From: Planctomycetota bacterium
GTDB lineage: Bacteria; Planctomycetota; Brocadiia; JAADGH01
Length of the DNA stretch: 64,000 nucleotides
Assembly: GCA_040755855.1 (NCBI GenBank)
Contig: JBFMAD010000003.1
Coordinates: 192,001-256,000, forward strand
Direction: 5' to 3'
Below the pieces are notes generated by a model. The model had not been told where the DNA came from. It worked only from the letters and a program-made list of their open reading frames with translations, and searched no databases. The position numbers and the translations under genes were made by a program. Positions 47,008-57,480 of the stretch are shown here, piece by piece; positions within the stretch are counted from its first letter, which is position 1; each line of letters starts with the position of its first letter.

Positions 47008-48327
47008 TCAAAAAGTCCCAAGGTCCATGGCGTTGATGGTCTCAACCCGCCCGAGTTCCTTCCGAAAGTCCGCGACCCGCCGCGCCGCCTGCATGTGCTG
47101 CCGCCACGCGCCATATTGCTTTCCCGGTCCGGCTAAGCGGTCGAGCGCCCTCTGAAGACGGGGCGACAAGTGCGGCGACGGGAACTCGGCAAGGGGCGTC
47201 CCCGGCAGGGGGATGAATGTGTGGCTGTGAATCTGCGCCCCCATATCGGCTAAGCGGAGCATCAGATCGAGCGTGGCCCCCTCGTCGGCCTCCGTCTCCC
47301 CCGGCAGGCCGAACAGAAAATCAACGCTCGGAACGAAGCCGTGCTTCACGATAATCTGCACGGCCCGGATGACGTCGTCCACCGTGTGCCATCGCTTCAT
47401 ACGGTCGAGCACGGCCTGACTGCCCGATTGCGCCCCGATGATGAGCATGTCGTTGCCCGTGTGGGCGCGGAGGAGACCCATCGCCTCGTCCGTGACCGAC
47501 GCGGGCCAGACCTCGGACGGGAACGAGCCGAAGAATGTGTGCTCCCGTCCGGCAATCTCGTTGGTCGCCTTCAGCAGGTTGCTGACGGCGCGAAGATTCG
47601 GCTCGCCAGGATTGTCGCTCCCGTACGACAGAGCGTCGGGGCTGAGGAAGTGGATGTCCCGCCAGCCGACGTCGTGAAGAAACTGCACCGCCGCGGCGAT
47701 GTTCTCGATGGACCGATGGCGGAGGGACCGCCCGAAGAGAAAGGGGTTCTGGCAGAACTTGCACCCCCGTCCGCAGCCGCGCGTGATCTCGATATATGAA
47801 AAGAGCCTTGTCCGTTGGGCGACCGGTGGAAAGGCGTGCACGTCCGGTTGCTCAGCGCGGCCATTGCGGATCACCCGACCGTCGCGTGTCGTCGCTATGC
47901 CTTTGATGTGAGACGCATCCGCTTCGCGGGCCAGGGCCGACACAAGGGACGGGAAAGCGATCTCCCCCTCGCCGACCACGACGTAGTCGAACCCCAACTT
48001 CAGCGCCTCCTCCGGGACGGCGCTGGGGTGTGGGCCGCCCGCAACGGACACGAGGTTATCAATCCCCCTACCACGCGCCATCTGCCTGAGCCGCTGCATG
48101 GCGACGGCCGCGTCAGTGAGGGCGAGCGTGCCGAAGGAGAAGGCGACGACCACACGCCGCGCCGCGCCGCACACATCGGGAAGCCTTTCGATTAGATTAT
48201 CCATACCATGAGCGACGGTGATCGGACAGTCGGCGGTCGGCGGCGTCTCCTCCAGCGCGCCGGCGACGGCGGCCAGACTGTTGCGGTTGAACTCGGTCAG
48301 AAGTAGGACAACATGCGCGGGTTCCAT
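47008..48327 (-). CDS. B12-binding domain radical SAM protein (TIGR04013-like)
   Basis: NRNS.AA..GALE, AGGPH, VVGEGE, EITRGCGRGCKFC (CxxxCxxC), FGSFPSEV.P, H.F.PLPGTP. Confidence 0.85.
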   Translation of the reverse strand: MEPAHVVLLLTEFNRNSLAAVAGALEETPPTADCPITVAHGMDNLIERLPDVCGAARRVVVAFSFGTLALTDAAVAMQRLRQMARGRGIDNLVSVAGGPHPSAVPEEALKLGFDYVVVGEGEIAFPSLVSALAREADASHIKGIATTRDGRVIRNGRAEQPDVHAFPPVAQRTRLFSYIEITRGCGRGCKFCQNPFLFGRSLRHRSIENIAAAVQFLHDVGWRDIHFLSPDALSYGSDNPGEPNLRAVSNLLKATNEIAGREHTFFGSFPSEVWPASVTDEAMGLLRAHTGNDMLIIGAQSGSQAVLDRMKRWHTVDDVIRAVQIIVKHGFVPSVDFLFGLPGETEADEGATLDLMLRLADMGAQIHSHTFIPLPGTPLAEFPSPHLSPRLQRALDRLAGPGKQYGAWRQHMQAARRVADFRKELGRVETINAMDLGTF

Positions 48328-48444
48328 GCCTGCATTTAATCACTCTCTTTGCTGCGGCTCAAGGCAAATGTCATCCTTGACTCGGGCCCCAGGCTTGGAT
48401 AGACTTTCCCGGGTGAGAGACCAATCTTCTCTGGAGGAATAGCC

Positions 48445-50295
48445 TTGCCTCGCGCCTCTCTGCTTTTCATCGTACCCTTGCTGGTTGTTGCCCTGGCCTC
48501 TTGTGAGGAACCTGGCAACGTCCTGAAGAATCCCGGATTTGCAAAAGGCGTCGAAGGCTGGCAGACGTTCGGCCAGGAGCGCTACGATGTGGTCGCCGGC
48601 GCGGGCGGCCTTGGCGGCCCCGCCCTGCGTTATCGAAAGGACAAGGTGGAGGGCAAGGAGAACTCCCACTTCGACCAGGAGGCGGATGTCGAGGCGCAAA
48701 CGCTCCACATCGCCGCCGCGCGGTTCAAGGCGGAGGGCGACCTGCGCCCCGTCCTGCGCATCGCCTCGATGGACTGGCAGACGATGGCCCTCGGCATTGC
48801 GACCCCATCGAAGGACTGGCAGGAGGTGCGTGTCCGATTCTATGCCCGTGACAACAAGCGCGTCCGGGTGCAGATCTTCGGCGGCGCGCAGAGCGAGCAG
48901 CGCGAGTCGTCCGTCGGCGTGAGCTACTGCGATGCCGTGTTCCTACGCAAGGCGACCGAGGAGGAATGTCGCGAGGTCCGACGATCCCGTGTGGACGTGG
49001 ACGCGACGACCGTCCTGCGCGAGATCAACCCCCTCTTCTTCGGCGTGAACTTCCTGTTCATGGTGGAGGACGACGCCTCGCGCGCCGACGGCAAGATCGA
49101 GACGCTGCTCCGCGAGATGCCGTGCCGTTTGATCCGATACCCCGGCGGCGAGATGGCCGACAACTACCACTGGAAGACGCACCGCCTCGACGATCCAAAG
49201 AAGTGGCCCCTGCGAGAGGGACCGGACACCACCGACACCGACGAGTTCATGGCCTGGTGTCGCCGCATCGGCGCGGCGCCGATCTTCGTCGTCAACCTCG
49301 AATCGGGCTTTATCCACAATGACGTGGACGCGGCCGTCCGCGAGGCGGCCGAGTGGGTCAAGTACTGCAACAAGGAGAAGGGATACGGCATCAAGTACTG
49401 GGAGATCGGCAACGAGACCTATCTCAAGGGCACGCTCTATCCCCTCACGGCGCAGCAGTACGCCGACGCCTTTGCAAAATTCTCCCGCGCCATGAAAGCG
49501 GTTGATCCGACGATCAAGGTCGGCGCCGTCGGGCCGATGAACGTGAACGAGGTGGTTGCCATCGAGAAGGACAAAGGCGGGCCGCAGTGGTGGCCGACGG
49601 TCGCGCGCGTCGCCGGAGCGGACATGGACTTCGCCATCGTCCATCGCTACTACCATGAAGGCGACTTCGACAACTTCGCGTGGAACCCCGTGAAGGTCGG
49701 CGAGCCGGTGGCCGAGCTGCGCCGCTTTCTCCGCGAACAGATGCCGAACCGAACCGTCGAGATCGCCCTGACCGAGTGGAATACGTGGCAAAAGTCGGAG
49801 CTTCAGGGCATGGCCCACGCCCTGCTCATGGCGGAGATGATGGCGCGCTACATCGAGGGCGGCGTGGACCTGGCCAACTTCTGGCCCTTCCGCAACACGG
49901 GCAAGGGGTCCGGCTTCCGCGCCATGCTCGACCGCGAGACGAACGAGCCGCTCCCGCCGTATCATGTGATGAAACTCTTTTCGTCGAACATCGGCAAGCG
50001 GCCGGTGAAGAGCGCGGCGTCCAACATTCAGGTCGTTCCGTTCGCCTCGACGAGCGCCGACGGAAAGACGATGGCGCTGTTCCTCGTGAACAAAGCGACC
50101 TGGCCGGAGGGTATGGACGTCGAGATCAAGGCCGCGGGGGGAAATTTCGCAAATGCGAAAGGCCAGATCCTGACCACGCCGGACCTCATGTCTATGGATG
50201 TAAGCCTGAGCGACATGGAGGTCAAGAAGGACGGAGACCGATGGACATGTCACCTGCCGCCGCACTCGATCGGGTTGGTCAAACTCTGCCGGTGA
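48445..50295 (+). CDS. alpha-L-arabinofuranosidase-like (GH51/clan A) lipoprotein with CBM-like N-terminus
   Basis: Lipobox LASC; IRYPGG..AD.YHW, DEF..WC, YWEIGNE, TEWN, LPPHS. Confidence 0.75.
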   Translation: MPRASLLFIVPLLVVALASCEEPGNVLKNPGFAKGVEGWQTFGQERYDVVAGAGGLGGPALRYRKDKVEGKENSHFDQEADVEAQTLHIAAARFKAEGDLRPVLRIASMDWQTMALGIATPSKDWQEVRVRFYARDNKRVRVQIFGGAQSEQRESSVGVSYCDAVFLRKATEEECREVRRSRVDVDATTVLREINPLFFGVNFLFMVEDDASRADGKIETLLREMPCRLIRYPGGEMADNYHWKTHRLDDPKKWPLREGPDTTDTDEFMAWCRRIGAAPIFVVNLESGFIHNDVDAAVREAAEWVKYCNKEKGYGIKYWEIGNETYLKGTLYPLTAQQYADAFAKFSRAMKAVDPTIKVGAVGPMNVNEVVAIEKDKGGPQWWPTVARVAGADMDFAIVHRYYHEGDFDNFAWNPVKVGEPVAELRRFLREQMPNRTVEIALTEWNTWQKSELQGMAHALLMAEMMARYIEGGVDLANFWPFRNTGKGSGFRAMLDRETNEPLPPYHVMKLFSSNIGKRPVKSAASNIQVVPFASTSADGKTMALFLVNKATWPEGMDVEIKAAGGNFANAKGQILTTPDLMSMDVSLSDMEVKKDGDRWTCHLPPHSIGLVKLCR

Positions 50296-50316
50296 CTAAT
50301 AGAGAAGGAGAACACA

Positions 50317-51855
50317 ATGCAAAACCGCCGACAATTCCTATCGGCTGCCCTCGCTGGAGCCGGTTTGGCCGCGCTCACGCGAACCGCCCGCGCCCAGGAC
50401 GCGGCGGCCGGATCGAAGCCGAACGTGCTTTTCATCGCCATCGACGACCTGAACGACTGGACGGGCTGCCTCGGCGGCCACCCGGACACCAAGACGCCCC
50501 ACATCGACCGCCTCGCCGCGCGGGGGGTGCTCTTCCAGAACGCCTTCTGCGCGGCCCCGGTGTGCAATCCGTCGCGCACCGCCCTTATGACCGGTGTTCG
50601 TCCTTCAACATCAGGCGTGTACAACAACAGCCAACCGTGGATCCCGGTGCTGCCCGATACCGTCACGCTGGAGCAGCACTTCAAAGCGAACGGATACCAG
50701 GTGATCGGTCGGGGAAAAATCTATCATGGCGGCAAGGAGGGGCAATACCTCTCGCCCAAAGGCTGGCACGAGTACGTCCCGCGGGGGGAGAACCCCTCGC
50801 CGAAGAAGCGCCCCGCCAACGGCATCCCGAACACGGGGCACTTCGACTGGGGACCGGTGACCGCCCCCGATGAGGAGATGGATGATTACAAGGTGGCGCG
50901 GTGGACCGAGGAGCAGCTCCAGAAGAAGTACGACAAGCCCGTCTTCATCGCCTGCGGCTTCGTCAAGCCCCACCTTCCCTGGTTCGTGCCGCAAAAGTAT
51001 TTCGATATGTTCGACCCGGAGAAGATTGCGCTCCCCAACGTCAAGGAGGATGATCTTGACGACGTGCCGGAGATGGGCAAGCAGATGGCGAAGCCCGACG
51101 GCGACCACAAGAGCGTCATCGAGCACAACCAGTGGCGCAAGGCGGTGCAGGGGTATCTCGCCACCATCGCCTTTGTCGATTACTGCGTCGGCATCGTCCT
51201 CGACGCCCTGGACAAGAGTCCGTACGCCAAGAACACCATCGTCGTCCTCTGGGGCGACCACGGCTGGCACCTCGGCGAGAAACTGCACTGGCGCAAGTTC
51301 GCCCTCTGGGAGGAGGCGACGCACGCGCCGCTGCTCATGGTTGCGCCCGGCGTGACGAAGCCCGATGGCCGCTGCCCGCGGACGGTGAGCTTCATGGACA
51401 TCTACCCGACGCTGTGCGACCTCTGCAGCCTGGCCAAGCCCGACCATCTGGAGGGCGTCGGCCTCATGCCCCTCCTCAAGGATCCGCAGGCGCAATGGGA
51501 CCGGCCCGCCCTCACCACGCACGGCAAGGACAATCACACGGTGCGCTCCGAGAAGTGGCGCTACATCCGCTACAGCGACGGCTCGGAGGAACTCTACGAC
51601 GAAGTGAAGGACCCGATGGAATGGACCAACCTGGCCGCCAAGCCGGAACACGCCGACGTGAAGAAGGCGTTGGCCGCCTGGCTGCCCAAGACGAACGCAG
51701 AGAACGCGCCGACCGCAAAGAAGGGAAAGAAAGGCAAGGGCAAGGACAGGAAAGCGGAGAAGAACGACGATGCCGCCCTCGTCCCGCGCCCGGTCCACCC
51801 ATTCCAGGTCAGGGGCGTCGGCCCCCCCGAACCGATCCGGTCGTGGTTGGCGTAG
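50317..51855 (+). CDS. Tat-exported sulfatase (iduronate/choline sulfatase-like)
   Basis: NRRQFL twin-arginine signal, PNVLFIAIDDL, CNPSR, GDHGWHLGEK. Confidence 0.92.
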   Translation: MQNRRQFLSAALAGAGLAALTRTARAQDAAAGSKPNVLFIAIDDLNDWTGCLGGHPDTKTPHIDRLAARGVLFQNAFCAAPVCNPSRTALMTGVRPSTSGVYNNSQPWIPVLPDTVTLEQHFKANGYQVIGRGKIYHGGKEGQYLSPKGWHEYVPRGENPSPKKRPANGIPNTGHFDWGPVTAPDEEMDDYKVARWTEEQLQKKYDKPVFIACGFVKPHLPWFVPQKYFDMFDPEKIALPNVKEDDLDDVPEMGKQMAKPDGDHKSVIEHNQWRKAVQGYLATIAFVDYCVGIVLDALDKSPYAKNTIVVLWGDHGWHLGEKLHWRKFALWEEATHAPLLMVAPGVTKPDGRCPRTVSFMDIYPTLCDLCSLAKPDHLEGVGLMPLLKDPQAQWDRPALTTHGKDNHTVRSEKWRYIRYSDGSEELYDEVKDPMEWTNLAAKPEHADVKKALAAWLPKTNAENAPTAKKGKKGKGKDRKAEKNDDAALVPRPVHPFQVRGVGPPEPIRSWLA

Positions 51856-51874
51856 GCATTGGCAGAGCCCCCGC

Positions 51875-53242
51875 CTATGGTTGAGTCTCGTTGAGGAACT
51901 CCTCCACGTTTGTGTAGCCGTCGCCGTCCTTGTCTTTTGGACCGTCGGATGGATCGTTCGGATTGAGGCCGTGCGCGGTTTCCCACTCATCGGGTATGCC
52001 GTCGTGGTCGGAATCAGGCAGCGGGGCAGCGGACCTGTATTCGGGCCAGCCGCCGACCTCGCTTGTGCTGTTGATGATCCTCCCCGTGCCTTCCCGCACA
52101 TCCTTGACGATTCGCGCGTCCACCGCGTCGCGCACCGGCCTCGTTGCACCCGCCGAAAGCAAGACGGCTTCGTAGGAGGCGTGCGCATCCTCAGTCGTTG
52201 CGCCGGGAAATGGGAATGGCTCCTTCACCCGAACCTTCCCCTCGCCGAGTGTCTTCATGTCCCACACCATTTTCCAGTTGTCATCCCGCCCATCGAGGTT
52301 ATTGGGGCCTATGTTGCCCGCGAGAAAGACTTGCGGACAGCCTCCGGAACCTTTTCGGTCGAGATCAATCGCAAGCTCCTTCTCGGACGTGCTGTTGGTC
52401 CCACGCTTGAGGTAGTTGCCCATATAGTTGAGCCGGATGTTCCCTGCGGCCACCGAGGCGCATGTCCCGAAGTTGTAGACGACGTTGTTGCGGCAATCCA
52501 GGTCCGAAGGGCTTTGGACGGAGTCAATCTGCAGAAGCGGGTTGCGCATGTTGTTGTGCGCCATGAGACAGTGGTGGATCGTCACCCGATTCGTGCTGCG
52601 CCCGATGAGCAGGCCCATGCTGTGCGGAACCTTGCCCTTGGCGGCGTGGCTCTTGGGATGCAGACTCCAGAGCAACCCCTCGGCCACGATGCACCATTGG
52701 ATGGTGATGTCGTGAGGTGTGGCCCAGGTCGAGACATTCTCATCAATGGCCCAACTGAACGAGCAATGGTCCACCATGATATTGTGAACGTCAGAGCCCT
52801 CGATCTTCAAGGCATCGCGGTTCTCCGGGCTAACGCCCGAAGGACCGTCTCCTACGCGGGCGCGGATGAAGCGGATTACGACGTCATGCGTGCACACGCG
52901 CAGCGTCCCACTCTTCAGGCATATCCCGTCGCCCGGGGCGCTTTGACCGGCGATGGTGAGGAACGGATTGCTGATCTTGATGTCGGTCTGCAGCTCGATG
53001 AGTCCCCCTATGCGAAAGACGACGATGCGGGGACCTTCCGCATAGCAGGCCTGCCGCAGGCTGCCGGGGCCGTCGTTGGCAAGCGTAGTCACCTCGACGA
53101 CCCTCCCGCCTCGCCCGCCAAGCGCCGAGGCGCCAAAGCCCTCCGCCCCCGGGAAGGCGGGAACTTTGCTCGTCTCATCGGCGGCGGAAAATGAGAGAAA
53201 AGCGGATATAAATGAAATCAGGAGAACAATCTTGGGGTTCAT
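51875..53242 (-). CDS. pectate lyase (PL1-like), secreted
   Basis: PAFPGAEGFG...GGRGG.V..VT.L.D.GPGSLR, AGQSAPG, DHCSFSW..DE, RNP, D.D.DGIPD.WE. Confidence 0.88.
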   Translation of the reverse strand: MNPKIVLLISFISAFLSFSAADETSKVPAFPGAEGFGASALGGRGGRVVEVTTLANDGPGSLRQACYAEGPRIVVFRIGGLIELQTDIKISNPFLTIAGQSAPGDGICLKSGTLRVCTHDVVIRFIRARVGDGPSGVSPENRDALKIEGSDVHNIMVDHCSFSWAIDENVSTWATPHDITIQWCIVAEGLLWSLHPKSHAAKGKVPHSMGLLIGRSTNRVTIHHCLMAHNNMRNPLLQIDSVQSPSDLDCRNNVVYNFGTCASVAAGNIRLNYMGNYLKRGTNSTSEKELAIDLDRKGSGGCPQVFLAGNIGPNNLDGRDDNWKMVWDMKTLGEGKVRVKEPFPFPGATTEDAHASYEAVLLSAGATRPVRDAVDARIVKDVREGTGRIINSTSEVGGWPEYRSAAPLPDSDHDGIPDEWETAHGLNPNDPSDGPKDKDGDGYTNVEEFLNETQP

Positions 53243-53249
53243 GAATCTC

Positions 53250-55382
53250 TCATCTTTGCACTGGTTCCGTCGGTTTTGGATTTTGGAGCTTTGGTTTTGG
53301 ATTCGGGGCGAGCTTCGGGTGATATCGGTATGCGGGAAGGGCCTTGCCCTCGTCGGCCATAACACAGGCATATCCGGTCACGGGCACATACAGGATGCGC
53401 CAGGCATGGTCGGCGAGGATCAGGTCGTCCCTCTGCGCGAGGCATGACTCCAGGGCCTCCTTGCCGCGCGGTCCGAGGGCGAGTAGCGCATTTCCGATGG
53501 GCCGGAACGTCCAGTCGTCATCCTTCGTGCAGGATCGAAACGCCCCGGTCAATGCACCGACGACGTCATGATCCGTTTGGCCCAGCCATTGCGGACTGTT
53601 TCGGCAGAGCGATCCGAGCGACACGGCGCAGGCCGACCGCACTGTCGGGTGCGGGTCCGACACCCCCTTGATTAGCGCCGCGATAACCTGCGCGTCGCCG
53701 GGGAAGCGCACCAGGGCGCGGGCGGCGTAGAAGCGAACCTCCGCATCGGGGTCGGCTATTGCGTCCAGCAGAACCGCGCGGGCCTCCGGCCGCCGGAGGC
53801 CGCGGCCGAGGGCGTTGGCTGTGACGCGGCGAACCTCGACATGCTCATCCTTCAGTCCCTTCAAGAGATCCACCGTTCGCTCCTGCGGCATGTTCGCCAG
53901 CGCGGATGTCGCGGCGTTCGCAAACTGGAAATTGCCGTGTTTGCGGATTGCGCCATACACCTTGAGAACAGACTCCGGCCCGTTGATCGTCGCCAGCGCC
54001 TCCGCCGCCTTGCAGCGCACGCCATGCTCCGCATCGTCCAACGCCGCCTCGATGTCCGGCAAGGCGGCGATCTCCTTCCGGTCAACCACGGCCCGAATCG
54101 CCTGGCGGCGGACCAGCAGGTTCGGATCATGCAGGGCGGCAATCAGATCCTTCGCCGGAACCTCCATCTTCCCGGCGGCGGCCTGCTGCAACGCCCGCAT
54201 CCTGGCAAGGGGATCGTTGCCCTTCAGCGCTTCGCCGGTCTGGTCCTCCTTGCATCCCCGCTCGATCTCGGCATAGGCCCCGCTCATGACGTTGCGCACG
54301 CCCGCTTTGGCGAAGTGCTGGTGCTGCGGGAGGAAGGCCGGTCCGCGGACCGTGGAGACTGCGCACGGGGTTCCCTTCGTCACGGCAAGGGCGTCGTTGA
54401 TTGCGGCCTCGGTCACGCCCCCGCAATAGACCATGATCTCGTCCACGATCCCTTCGCGCACCCATCGCTCCCAATCGAGATAGATGCGCCCCGTGACGAG
54501 AAAGTCCCGCGGCTTCACGCAGAGCCACGGCGCGGGGTAGTGGGTGTCCTGCGGGTCAATGGCCACGCCCAGCCTTTTGCCCGACTGCCGCAGGCGGTCC
54601 TTCAACTCGCGGAGGAACTGCGTCACATACTCCCCGCGCAGGCGATACCACGCATGCCGGTCGAAGACCTCCGTGCGGATGTCCTGCCCATACCGCCGCT
54701 TGAACTCCTCGACGATGACGTCGTTGAACCCATACTCGTCCTGGAACCAGATGTTCAGGTGCTCGACGTAGGTGTAGAGCATGAGGCCGTCGTAGTTGCC
54801 CTTCTCCACGAGCGCGGCGAACCCATCAACGAGCGTCCTGCGCACCTCGGGGTATGCGAACTCCATCGGTCCCGACTGTCGCCGGATGCCGTAGCGATCC
54901 ACCGGGACGTACTCGGGATGCTTCACCCGCAGGTTGTGCTCGATGGGCGATGGCCCGATCCCCTTGGCGGCGTCGGACGCGGCCTGCGCCCCGTGGTCGA
55001 ACAGGGCGGTGTAGCCCCAGATCGTCATGCCGCGGTCGTGGGCGGCCTGGACGGCCATGCGCGACGTGCCGATCTCCTTGGCGAGGCGCTTCTCCCACAT
55101 CCAGAACCCATAGTATAGAAAGTTCTCCGGACGGACGAGGTAGTTGTCCGCGATGTACTCGCTCTGGAATCCCCGCCAGTAGATGCGATCCACGCCGTGC
55201 GCCTTTTGCAGGCAGTCGAACACCGCCTCGATGGCGGCCTTCGTTTGGACAGGCGGGCTGTCCCACAGCCAGTCGTTGTCGCCCGTGCTGATGTAGCATC
55301 CGGCCGGGGAAGATTCCTGTGCGCCGGCAGGAGAAAATATATAGAGGCACAAAAGGAAGATGGTCAGAGAGATTTGTTTCAT
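53250..55382 (-). CDS. secreted glycoside-hydrolase-like (GHL10-type) TIM barrel fused to HEAT repeats
   Basis: Signal peptide; AH.RGM..W, PEVR, DGL, DWE.W..EG.VD; about six HEAT repeats (L.D....VR..AA.AL). Confidence 0.65.
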   Translation of the reverse strand: MKQISLTIFLLCLYIFSPAGAQESSPAGCYISTGDNDWLWDSPPVQTKAAIEAVFDCLQKAHGVDRIYWRGFQSEYIADNYLVRPENFLYYGFWMWEKRLAKEIGTSRMAVQAAHDRGMTIWGYTALFDHGAQAASDAAKGIGPSPIEHNLRVKHPEYVPVDRYGIRRQSGPMEFAYPEVRRTLVDGFAALVEKGNYDGLMLYTYVEHLNIWFQDEYGFNDVIVEEFKRRYGQDIRTEVFDRHAWYRLRGEYVTQFLRELKDRLRQSGKRLGVAIDPQDTHYPAPWLCVKPRDFLVTGRIYLDWERWVREGIVDEIMVYCGGVTEAAINDALAVTKGTPCAVSTVRGPAFLPQHQHFAKAGVRNVMSGAYAEIERGCKEDQTGEALKGNDPLARMRALQQAAAGKMEVPAKDLIAALHDPNLLVRRQAIRAVVDRKEIAALPDIEAALDDAEHGVRCKAAEALATINGPESVLKVYGAIRKHGNFQFANAATSALANMPQERTVDLLKGLKDEHVEVRRVTANALGRGLRRPEARAVLLDAIADPDAEVRFYAARALVRFPGDAQVIAALIKGVSDPHPTVRSACAVSLGSLCRNSPQWLGQTDHDVVGALTGAFRSCTKDDDWTFRPIGNALLALGPRGKEALESCLAQRDDLILADHAWRILYVPVTGYACVMADEGKALPAYRYHPKLAPNPKPKLQNPKPTEPVQR

Positions 55383-57337
55383 GGGATCAATCCGTTTAAG
55401 AGGTAGACTGCGCTCACCTTCGTCTTTCCTTTGACGGGGATGTCCCCGATGGGGGTCACATTCACGTGTTGTTTCACAAGTTCATATGTGCTCTGGCTGA
55501 TGAGGATTGGTATGGGGCAGTCGTCGGAGCGGTACTGTTTGGTCAGCGACTCCAACCGCGCGGCGTAGTTGATCGTGTCGCCGATGACGGCATAGTCCAT
55601 GTGCTCGGCGGCGCCGATGTTGCCTATCTTTGTCTCTCCGGTGTTGAGGCCGATGCCGATGGCAAAGGTCTTGAGGCCGCGCTTTTGGCGGGATTCCATG
55701 AGCGCGCCCAGCGCCTCGCGCATCTCGAGAGCGGCCTTGACGGCGTTGAGGGGGTCGGTCGGTCGTTCGAGCGGCGCGCCCCATGTGGCGAGAATCTCGT
55801 CGCCCACAAACTGGTTGATGCCGCCGTTGTGTTTGAGGACGATTTTCACCATCGCATCGAAATACTCGTTCAGCATCTCCACGGTTTCGCGCGCGCCGAG
55901 TTCCTCGGTGATTGTCGTGAAATCCCGGATGTCGGATAGCAGCACGGTGACCTGCTTGGTTTGTCCCTCGAACATCCCATCCTCCGACGTTTGCAGGATC
56001 TCTTCTACGATGTCGGTCGAGAGGTAGCGCGTGAGCATGCCTCTCATGCGGGCCTTTTCGCGCTCTTCGGCAAAGAACCGATAGGTTACGGCGGCTGTGT
56101 AGAGGGAGACCATATTCACGACCGGCGCGACGACCGCAATCCACACATTCGCAAAAGAGAATAATATCCAGGCGACCAATAGGTAACCAATTACCAAGCC
56201 TGCCGCCATGATCGCACCCAGGAAGAGGGATCGGTGCGCGCAGAGGATGGTAAAGACCAGGGACAAAAGCGCCAGGATACAGAGCGTGACCCACAGCCCT
56301 GGCCGACGCATGAAATCACAGTTCAGAATGTTGTTCACGACGTTTATATGCGCCGCCACGCCGTAGAGTTTGCCCAGCGGCGTGATGTGCACATCGTCCG
56401 TCCTGCGAACGTCGGCAATGAAAACAACCTTGTCCTGGAGCTTCTTCTTCAGGTCGGTTTCCGGCTTTTCGCCTGCCTGCCGGTGCATTTCGCTCCGCAG
56501 CGCCAGGATGAAGGACGTATGGCGGGCCGCAAGTTCTCGTTCGCCCGCGCGAAAATTCACGATCATCCGACCGGTTCGGTCAATAGGGATGCGAATCGTC
56601 TTGCCATCGGGGGAATTGAGCGTGATATGCCGACCGGGTTTCACCTTGATATCTCGAACGTTTACGCCGAGATAGCGACATGCCGCGGCGAGAGATAGGG
56701 CGGGATAGATATGGTCGCGGTAGCGGATCACCATCGGGATGCGCAGCAGTGTGCCGTCGCTCTCCGGCGGCGCGTTGACGAAGCCGACCTGCCCCTCGCG
56801 TTGCAGCGGTTCAATGGGCCAGCGCGGGGTGACGCCTTCGATCAGATGACGATCCCCTTCCTCCACTGGACGGATCGCCAGTGGGCGGATCGGTTCCCTG
56901 GCATCGGCTTCTGAATCGGGGGCGGGCTGACCGAGGTCGAAATAGAAGGAAGCGATGGCGCCGGGCCAATGCTCGAAGGCCGCTCCGAGCGCGCTGTCCC
57001 CATCGGGGGACTTTGGGCGGGAAAACACCAGGTCCAAGGCCATCGCCTTCGCCCCATGATAGGCCAGGGCCTGGACCATCACGGCGTAGAACTCCCGCGG
57101 CCACGGCAGTTCCATCTCGGACATCTCGACGTCCGCGTCCGAAATGCCCACTAACTCAATGTCCGGATGGATTCCTCTCTCTCCGCGCAGTCGGAAGCGG
57201 TAGTAACCCGACTTCAGTTCCAGTTCCTCGAAGACGTTGAGCGCTAACAGGAGTGTGCATGCCGCGAAGATGAACAGCCCGATGCCGATGCTGCTTAGCC
57301 AGCGCTGCCGTGTGGAGTGTTGCGGTGATCCTTGCAT
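55379..57337 (-). CDS. CHASE2-domain class III adenylate/guanylate cyclase
   Basis: PWPR, DG.L.R.P, YGV..H, three TMs, SDIRDFT, FVGDE, GIGLNTG, IGDTIN.AARLE. Confidence 0.92.
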   Translation of the reverse strand: MQGSPQHSTRQRWLSSIGIGLFIFAACTLLLALNVFEELELKSGYYRFRLRGERGIHPDIELVGISDADVEMSEMELPWPREFYAVMVQALAYHGAKAMALDLVFSRPKSPDGDSALGAAFEHWPGAIASFYFDLGQPAPDSEADAREPIRPLAIRPVEEGDRHLIEGVTPRWPIEPLQREGQVGFVNAPPESDGTLLRIPMVIRYRDHIYPALSLAAACRYLGVNVRDIKVKPGRHITLNSPDGKTIRIPIDRTGRMIVNFRAGERELAARHTSFILALRSEMHRQAGEKPETDLKKKLQDKVVFIADVRRTDDVHITPLGKLYGVAAHINVVNNILNCDFMRRPGLWVTLCILALLSLVFTILCAHRSLFLGAIMAAGLVIGYLLVAWILFSFANVWIAVVAPVVNMVSLYTAAVTYRFFAEEREKARMRGMLTRYLSTDIVEEILQTSEDGMFEGQTKQVTVLLSDIRDFTTITEELGARETVEMLNEYFDAMVKIVLKHNGGINQFVGDEILATWGAPLERPTDPLNAVKAALEMREALGALMESRQKRGLKTFAIGIGLNTGETKIGNIGAAEHMDYAVIGDTINYAARLESLTKQYRSDDCPIPILISQSTYELVKQHVNVTPIGDIPVKGKTKVSAVYLLNGLIP

Positions 57338-57480
57338 AATCGCTGCGCGAAGTTCTCAAGCCAATCCGTGCCGGGATTCTACCAAGCCGGAGAACCGAGT
57401 GCAATGGCAAACGAAGGAGAAAAGGCTGCGGGCGAGGCGCACTTTGGAGTGTGTCTCGCCCGCAGATGATCGCGGTGGTA

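Noticed and set aside
43603..48327. PqqD + radical SAM RiPP biosynthetic cluster
   Set aside because: The radical SAM gene is on the opposite strand beyond a terminator and a dehydrogenase gene, has no SPASM domain, and no precursor peptide is visible.
53272..53305. 7-mer TTTTGGA-like repeats as a mobile or regulatory repeat
   Set aside because: Short and degenerate, and within the low-complexity C-terminal codons of the HEAT protein.
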